DNA of 9,617 bases from Candidatus Iainarchaeum sp. (GTDB taxonomy: Archaea; Iainarchaeota; Iainarchaeia; Iainarchaeales; CSSED10-239): assembly GCA_003559395.1 (NCBI GenBank), contig PWLL01000059.1, positions 1 through 9,617 on the forward strand. The letters are read 5' to 3'. A program made the position numbers and the translations under genes. How positions within the stretch are numbered: the first letter of the stretch is position 1; each line of letters starts with the position of its first letter. Positions 5,308 through 9,617 of this stretch are shown here, piece after piece. The notes beneath the pieces were generated by a model. The model searched no databases. It was not told the origin of the DNA and worked only from the letters and a program-made list of their open reading frames with translations.

Positions 5308-6852
5308 TTATTTATCAACAAGCGTTGCTTTTTTTATATCTAAAACACCACAATTGTCATTAATCATTTTTATTTTTTTTTCTATAATATTTATTTTTTT
5401 ATTAAAAAGAGGGCTATCCAAAACAACAGACTCAAACTCTCCACCCTCTCCAGCGATGTTAATCTTGTATTTTTTTGTAATTTCTTTTAGTTTTATAAAA
5501 TCTTGGTTAGTTATTGTTTTTCCCAACCATTCTTTTGTTAAACCATAAGCTGCAATTTTATCAAAAATAAATCTAAAGTTATTATCTAAAAGAATAGACA
5601 TTTCTTTTTCTTGAGACATATGCCATAGAGGAGAAAAACAAGTAATATTTAGTTTTTTACAAATTGTTTCTATTCTTTTTTTTTGATAATTACTAAATAA
5701 TGCACCAGTAACTATGCCTTCTATCCTATAGTTGATAATTGCTTTTTTTATTAATATTTCAAGATCTTTTAGTTCTTTTTCTTTTACACCATTTGTTTTT
5801 TTATAAAGTATAGGAATATCTAAAGCTTCTGATTGTAACTCAAGTATGTTTTTTTTAGGTCTTTGATACATGTAAGAAAAATCATCTTTAGGAAGAACAG
5901 ATAACAAACAACAAACATCTATATCCTTTTTTTTAGACAAAAACAAAGCAAGATTAGAATCTTTTCCTCCAGAAAAAAGACAACCATATCTTTTGGGTTT
6001 TTTATTCTTAAGATGCAAAAAATATTCTTGTTTTGTTTTAAAACCACTTGCTTTCATTAATTTTGTTAAAGCTTTTTCTGAATTGCTACCATATTGTGCT
6101 GCTTTTTTTTTAAGATCATAAACTTCTTTAGGAAGTCCATATTCTTTTAACAACTCTCTAACAATTATCTTGTTTCTAGAAGTTGTTTTTTTAAAAGAAT
6201 CTTTCAAAGACAAACCATAAGCAATAACTTCATCATTAATAAAAGGAGAAAAAAGCTTAACTTCAAATCTTTTTGCAAGTCTTTTATCTCTTAACAAATC
6301 TCTTTTTTTAATTTTGTTTAAAAGCTCAATAGATTTTTTATAGTAATCTTTAGATATAAGATTAAACTTATTATATCCGCAAAAAAGCTCATCAGCACCA
6401 GAACCACAAAACAGAGTTTTTATGTTGTCGTCTTTGGCTTCTCTTAAGGCAATATAAAGAGGCACAGCCACGCCTATTTGGACCGGGTCTGTTGTTTTTG
6501 TTGTTTTTATTATGTCTGGCAACACTTCTTCTAACTCGTCATCATAAACAAACCCTTCATGTAGGTTGATGTCTACTAGTAAATTTGCTGAAAATCTTGC
6601 AGAAGAAAGATCTTTTGGTTCATTCTTTCTTTTAACATACCCAAAATAGGCTTTAAAATCTATACCAAGGTCCTTAAGGATAACAGAAACAAGAACAGAA
6701 TCAACACCCCCACTAAAAAGAACTCCAACAGGCTCTTCTATTTTTTTGTGTATGATTGCTTTTTTTAGTTTTTGTCTTATTTGTTGGACGGCATCTTTAA
6801 GACTTTCATTATTTTGTATAATCTCCTCTTTCTCAGGTATAACCATTTTCAT
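5308..6852 (-). CDS. Fusion of two PP-loop ATP-pyrophosphatase domains. The N-terminal part is an asparagine-synthetase-like synthetase domain with no glutaminase domain (about 5992-6852). The C-terminal part is a Dph6/MJ0570-type diphthine-ammonia ligase domain (about 5308-5991).
   Basis: Domain 1: VLFSGGVDS (SGGVDS = 6697-6714), LFCGSGADELFCGYNKF, F.PF.......Y......FK.

Domain 2: CLFSGGKDSNLAL (SGGKDS = 5956-5973), SYMYQ, LQSEALDIP, GIVTGALFSNYQKKRIE..C..L.....SPLW, GEGGEFES.VLD.PLF.

No Met or stop lies between the domains. The linker is HLKNKKPKRYG. Confidence 0.8.
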   Translation of the reverse strand: MKMVIPEKEEIIQNNESLKDAVQQIRQKLKKAIIHKKIEEPVGVLFSGGVDSVLVSVILKDLGIDFKAYFGYVKRKNEPKDLSSARFSANLLVDINLHEGFVYDDELEEVLPDIIKTTKTTDPVQIGVAVPLYIALREAKDDNIKTLFCGSGADELFCGYNKFNLISKDYYKKSIELLNKIKKRDLLRDKRLAKRFEVKLFSPFINDEVIAYGLSLKDSFKKTTSRNKIIVRELLKEYGLPKEVYDLKKKAAQYGSNSEKALTKLMKASGFKTKQEYFLHLKNKKPKRYGCLFSGGKDSNLALFLSKKKDIDVCCLLSVLPKDDFSYMYQRPKKNILELQSEALDIPILYKKTNGVKEKELKDLEILIKKAIINYRIEGIVTGALFSNYQKKRIETICKKLNITCFSPLWHMSQEKEMSILLDNNFRFIFDKIAAYGLTKEWLGKTITNQDFIKLKEITKKYKINIAGEGGEFESVVLDSPLFNKKINIIEKKIKMINDNCGVLDIKKATLVDK

Positions 6853-6854
6853 AA

Positions 6855-8087
6855 CTATCTTTTTTTAATCAAATATACTTTTTCTTTTATTTTTGGAAGG
6901 TTGTCATCTATCTTTATAGCAACAAACTCTCCTTTTTTAGCAATTTCAACAGGTTTTTCTACATCTTTTTGCATACTTGTTATTTTTTGTCTAATAACTC
7001 CTGTTTTTTTACCAAGAACATATATTTCATCTCCTTTTTTAAGAGAGTGATCTACTATTCTAATTTCTATAACATTTATTTTTTTAAAAACTTTTTGAAC
7101 AAACCCAACAAAGACTTTTGTTTCTTCTGAAACAGAACCATAGTCTTTAGCCCATTCTTTTATTGGTTTGCCTAAATAAAAGCCATCACTAAAACCTTTA
7201 TTATAGACTTTTTTAAGATTAGTTATTAGTTTTTTTTTAAAATCTTTATCTAATCTTTTTTCAAAATAACTATCAACAGCTTCTCTATAACAAGAAACAA
7301 TAGTTTTTACATATTCTGGACTTCTTGCACGTCCTTCTATTTTTAGAACATCTACTTTAGCTTCAATGATTTTGTCAATAAACTCAATTGTGCAAAGATC
7401 TTTAGGGCTTAAAATATAATCACTATAAACTTCAAGTTCTTTTTTAGTTTCCATATCAGTTGCAAGATATTTTCTTCTACAAGGTTGAACACATTTTCCC
7501 TTGTTTGCAGAGTTTTTATCACCATAAAGAAATTGAGACAAAAAACATCGGCCACTAATAGCCACACACATTGCTCCATGTATAAAAACTTCTATCTCTA
7601 TTGAAGGGTCTATTTTTAAAGATGCTTTCTTTAGATTTTTTATATGTTCTAAAGAACATTCTCTTGCAAGAATAAATCTTCTTACACCTAGGCTATAATA
7701 TTCTTTAATAGCTTCTATATTTGATACGCTTGCTTGTGTGCTTAGATGACAAACCATGTTATTTTCTCTACAAAGCTTAATAACGCAAAGGTCCCAAGCA
7801 ATAATGGCGTCTATCTTTGCTTCTTTTGCTTTTTTTATAATCGTTTTTATTTTTTCTATTTCGTTATTGTAAATAATTGTGTTTAAGGTAAGATATACTT
7901 CAACTTTATTTTCATGTGCAAGAGAAACAACATTTGAAAGTTCATTAATTTCAAAGTTTTTTGTTCTGTCTCTCATATTGGCTCCTTTTACTCCAAGATA
8001 CACAGCGTCTGCTTTAGCTTTAATAGCAGTAACTAACATTTCCATAGAGCCAACAGGAGCAAGGATTTTTGGTTTTTTATTAATCAT
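6855..8087 (-). CDS. Peptidase-U32-family protein. This is the family of RlhA/TrhP/UbiU-UbiV-type prephenate- or Fe-S-dependent hydroxylation factors, and the 'collagenase' name is historical.
   Basis: The PROSITE-style U32 signature is present as EVFIHGAMCVAISGRCFLS (7545-7592 region). The further Cys pair GKCVQPC follows, then a C-terminal beta-barrel-like region (GDEIYVLGKKTG).

The track ORF begins at 8153. I prefer ATG 8087 (MINKKPKILAPVGS), the usual family N-terminus. The stop lies 2 nt before the start of the downstream gene. Confidence 0.85.
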   Translation of the reverse strand: MINKKPKILAPVGSMEMLVTAIKAKADAVYLGVKGANMRDRTKNFEINELSNVVSLAHENKVEVYLTLNTIIYNNEIEKIKTIIKKAKEAKIDAIIAWDLCVIKLCRENNMVCHLSTQASVSNIEAIKEYYSLGVRRFILARECSLEHIKNLKKASLKIDPSIEIEVFIHGAMCVAISGRCFLSQFLYGDKNSANKGKCVQPCRRKYLATDMETKKELEVYSDYILSPKDLCTIEFIDKIIEAKVDVLKIEGRARSPEYVKTIVSCYREAVDSYFEKRLDKDFKKKLITNLKKVYNKGFSDGFYLGKPIKEWAKDYGSVSEETKVFVGFVQKVFKKINVIEIRIVDHSLKKGDEIYVLGKKTGVIRQKITSMQKDVEKPVEIAKKGEFVAIKIDDNLPKIKEKVYLIKKR

Positions 8088-8157
8088 AGTTTCTCGTATT
8101 TTTACTATATATATATGTATGTTTGATATTAAAAACATTATGTAATATAACATATAT
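8088..8157. promoter_or_regulatory. 70-bp divergent intergenic region between the U32 gene (-) and the methyltransferase gene (+). It is a presumed bidirectional promoter.
   Basis: It contains an alternating TA tract, actatatatatatgtatg (8104-8121), and atattaaaaa (about 8126-8135). Each lies about 20-35 nt from one of the two start codons, consistent with short or leaderless archaeal transcripts. This rests on position and composition only. Confidence 0.35.
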
Positions 8158-8925
8158 ATGCAAAAAGTAAAATATTTTTATAATCAGTCATCATATCCAG
8201 ATACAAAACAATATACTAATAAACAAAAAAAACAAACAAAAAAAATACTTCAAAAAATACTTTATTTAGCAGATATAGATTTGTTATCTCTAAAAAACAA
8301 AAGAATCTTGGTTGCTGGATGTGGAACTGGAGAAAAAGTAGATGTTTTGTCTAGAAACAATCTATCAATTGTGGCAATAGATTTTTCAGAAAAACAACTT
8401 CAAAAAGCAAAAGCTCTTGTAAAAAACAAAAACGTTTCATTTTTAAAAAAAGATATTGTTAATGATGATTTGTCTAGTCTTGGAGTTTTTGATGTCATTT
8501 TATGTTTAGGCGTTTTACATCATACAGAGGCTCCTGAAAAAGGATTTTCTAAACTTTCTGGTCTTTTAAAGAAAGAAGGAATTATATTTGTGGGTCTATA
8601 TCATAAGTATGCAAGATTAAGATACAGAATAATAAGAAAACTATTAAGACTGTTGGTTTCAAAAAAACAAGAAAATCTAAAAAAATGGATTCAAAAAAAT
8701 CAAGACCGAAAGTTTTTTCTAAAAGCATCGCTTCCTTGTTTGTTGGATAGATATGTTGTACCTTATGAGTCTTATCATACTTTAAGACAAGTAAAAAAAT
8801 GGTTTAGAAAAAATAACATTGTGTTTTTAAAAAATACACAAAATGTTTCAGGATTTGAGATGTTAAAGATATTTGAGAAAAAGACTATTTTCTTTGTATC
8901 TGGAAAAAAAGAAAAAAATAGATGA
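8158..8925 (+). CDS. Class I SAM-dependent methyltransferase (Methyltransf_11/25-like core) with a basic C-terminal extension.
   Basis: Motif I is RILVAGCGTGE (8305-8334). It is followed by the acidic residue after beta-2 (VAIDFS), then DIVNDD, then motif IV-like FDVILCLGVLHH, then LLKKEGIIFV. The stop is TGA at 8923-8925. Confidence 0.85.
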   Translation: MQKVKYFYNQSSYPDTKQYTNKQKKQTKKILQKILYLADIDLLSLKNKRILVAGCGTGEKVDVLSRNNLSIVAIDFSEKQLQKAKALVKNKNVSFLKKDIVNDDLSSLGVFDVILCLGVLHHTEAPEKGFSKLSGLLKKEGIIFVGLYHKYARLRYRIIRKLLRLLVSKKQENLKKWIQKNQDRKFFLKASLPCLLDRYVVPYESYHTLRQVKKWFRKNNIVFLKNTQNVSGFEMLKIFEKKTIFFVSGKKEKNR

Positions 8926-8932
8926 AAAACAT

Positions 8933-9604
8933 CTATTTCTTTTTTTTCATGTGATGGTCAACAATTTTTTCTGCATATTTTTTTCCTGCAGAACCAAATG
9001 AAATTCCAAACACAATCGCACTTATTAAAAGTACTGTACCAATAACTAGTAGTATTATTCTTTCAATAAGATCTGTAGATACGCCAATTTGGCTAAAAGC
9101 TACTTGAAAGAAAATAACTATTAGAGATATTTGTACGACTTTTGAGATTATTTGAGATGTTCTGTTTCCTTTATTGTGAATTTCTCTAGCTACAATTTTT
9201 GCAAGAATCACACCAAATGTAAGCACAATTACTGCTAAAATCAGTTTTGGAACCCACATAGCAAATGCGTGTATAAGTGTTGTAAATCCAGCTATCTTGA
9301 TAAGCTCTGCTGCAGGCACTAAAAATGATATAAAAATTCCCCATTTTATAAGTTGTCCAGCAAGAACAGAAAGCTTAATGTTAAGAACAGTTTTTGATAG
9401 ATTGTTTTTAAGTATCCATTTGTCAAGTCTTGCTTTTTGTAAAGCATGTTTTATAAGATGACCTATAAAATAAGCAACAATATATCCTATGATAACGACT
9501 ACAATTGCACCAATAAAGCCTGGAATATGATTTAAGAACGTATGCCAAAGGTTTACAAAAGGATTTATTGTTGCAGATCCTACTTCTGTTAAAATGTCAC
9601 TCAT
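8933..9604 (-). CDS. Integral membrane protein with two 'conserved TM helix' repeat units. This repeat type is found in the N-terminal regions of MscS-like channels. No MscS beta-domain is present.
   Basis: The 223-aa ORF has about 5-6 hydrophobic helices. The unit IPGFIGAIVVVIIGYIVAYFIGHLIKHAL...LAGQLIKWGIFISFLV recurs as VPKLILAVIVLTFGVILAKIVAREI...ISKVVQISLIVIFFQV. The C-terminus is a KKKK tail. Confidence 0.55.
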   Translation of the reverse strand: MSDILTEVGSATINPFVNLWHTFLNHIPGFIGAIVVVIIGYIVAYFIGHLIKHALQKARLDKWILKNNLSKTVLNIKLSVLAGQLIKWGIFISFLVPAAELIKIAGFTTLIHAFAMWVPKLILAVIVLTFGVILAKIVAREIHNKGNRTSQIISKVVQISLIVIFFQVAFSQIGVSTDLIERIILLVIGTVLLISAIVFGISFGSAGKKYAEKIVDHHMKKKK

Positions 9605-9612
9605 TTATTCTC

Positions 9613-9617
9613 CCTCC
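9613..9617 (-). promoter_or_regulatory. Shine-Dalgarno-like GGAGG for the membrane-protein gene.
   Basis: The reverse complement of 9605-9617 reads GGAGGGAGAATAA immediately before ATG (9602-9604). The GGAGG core lies 8 nt from the start. Confidence 0.5.

Noticed and set aside
6855-8087. Calling the U32 gene a collagenase, protease or virulence factor.
   Set aside because: The 'peptidase U32/collagenase' label is historical. Characterised members act in RNA or quinone hydroxylation. Nothing here, such as a signal peptide, suggests a secreted protease.
8088-8153. N-terminal extension of the U32 ORF to ATG 8153 (MLYYIMFLISNIHIYIVKIRET).
   Set aside because: The extension would consume almost the whole divergent promoter region and come within 4 nt of the methyltransferase ATG. 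U32 proteins typically begin right at the ..K.ELLAP.G motif, which matches ATG 8087.
8923-8925. Possible alternative genetic code (TGA recoded), as in some candidate-phyla genomes.
   Set aside because: All eleven genes close cleanly under the standard code at family-appropriate lengths. The TGA here ends the methyltransferase just before the convergent gene. I noticed no in-frame TGA inside any conserved domain.
1-9617. Mobile element, prophage or defence-island boundaries, and tRNA or rRNA genes.
   Set aside because: I recognised no integrase, transposase, recombinase, terminal inverted repeat or flanking direct repeat. The longest non-coding stretch is about 125 bp and shows no cloverleaf-like structure.

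Overview
Very AT-rich, tightly packed segment with 11 protein-coding genes in 9.6 kb. Intergenic spacers run from 0 to about 125 bp, and three convergent gene pairs have stop codons that abut or overlap. All homology calls below come from reading the translations against remembered family motifs. No searches were run.

Gene content points to a small-genome archaeon, probably DPANN-like. It carries an archaeal-type D-aminoacyl-tRNA deacylase (DtdA) and a Dph6/MJ0570-type diphthine-ammonia ligase domain, and it uses GGAGG/GGTGAT ribosome-binding sites. I see no tRNA, rRNA, CRISPR array, transposase or integrase, so this is not an obvious mobile island.

Gene order:
- 3' end of a gene with a Lys-rich 12-aa tandem-repeat tail (+)
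- degenerate DXR-like protein (+)
- DtdA (-)
- small orphan protein (+)
- in-frame SHMT-N/DHFR-C chimera (+)
- DUF429 RNase-H-fold protein (+)
- P-loop kinase fused to dCMP deaminase (+)
- AsnB-like PP-loop domain fused to a Dph6-like PP-loop domain (-)
- peptidase-U32-family protein (-)
- class I SAM methyltransferase (+)
- TM-helix-repeat membrane protein (-)

Most interesting observations:
1. The glyA'-'folA chimeric ORF sits in what looks like an eroded thymidylate-cycle cluster.
2. The translationally coupled DUF429 and kinase-deaminase pair has the domain architecture of AvcD/dCTP-deaminase nucleotide-depletion defence proteins.
3. A double PP-loop amidoligase fusion is co-transcribed with a U32 enzyme and lies divergent from a methyltransferase.
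4. A full-length DXR homologue has lost every catalytic or cofactor motif I can recognise.
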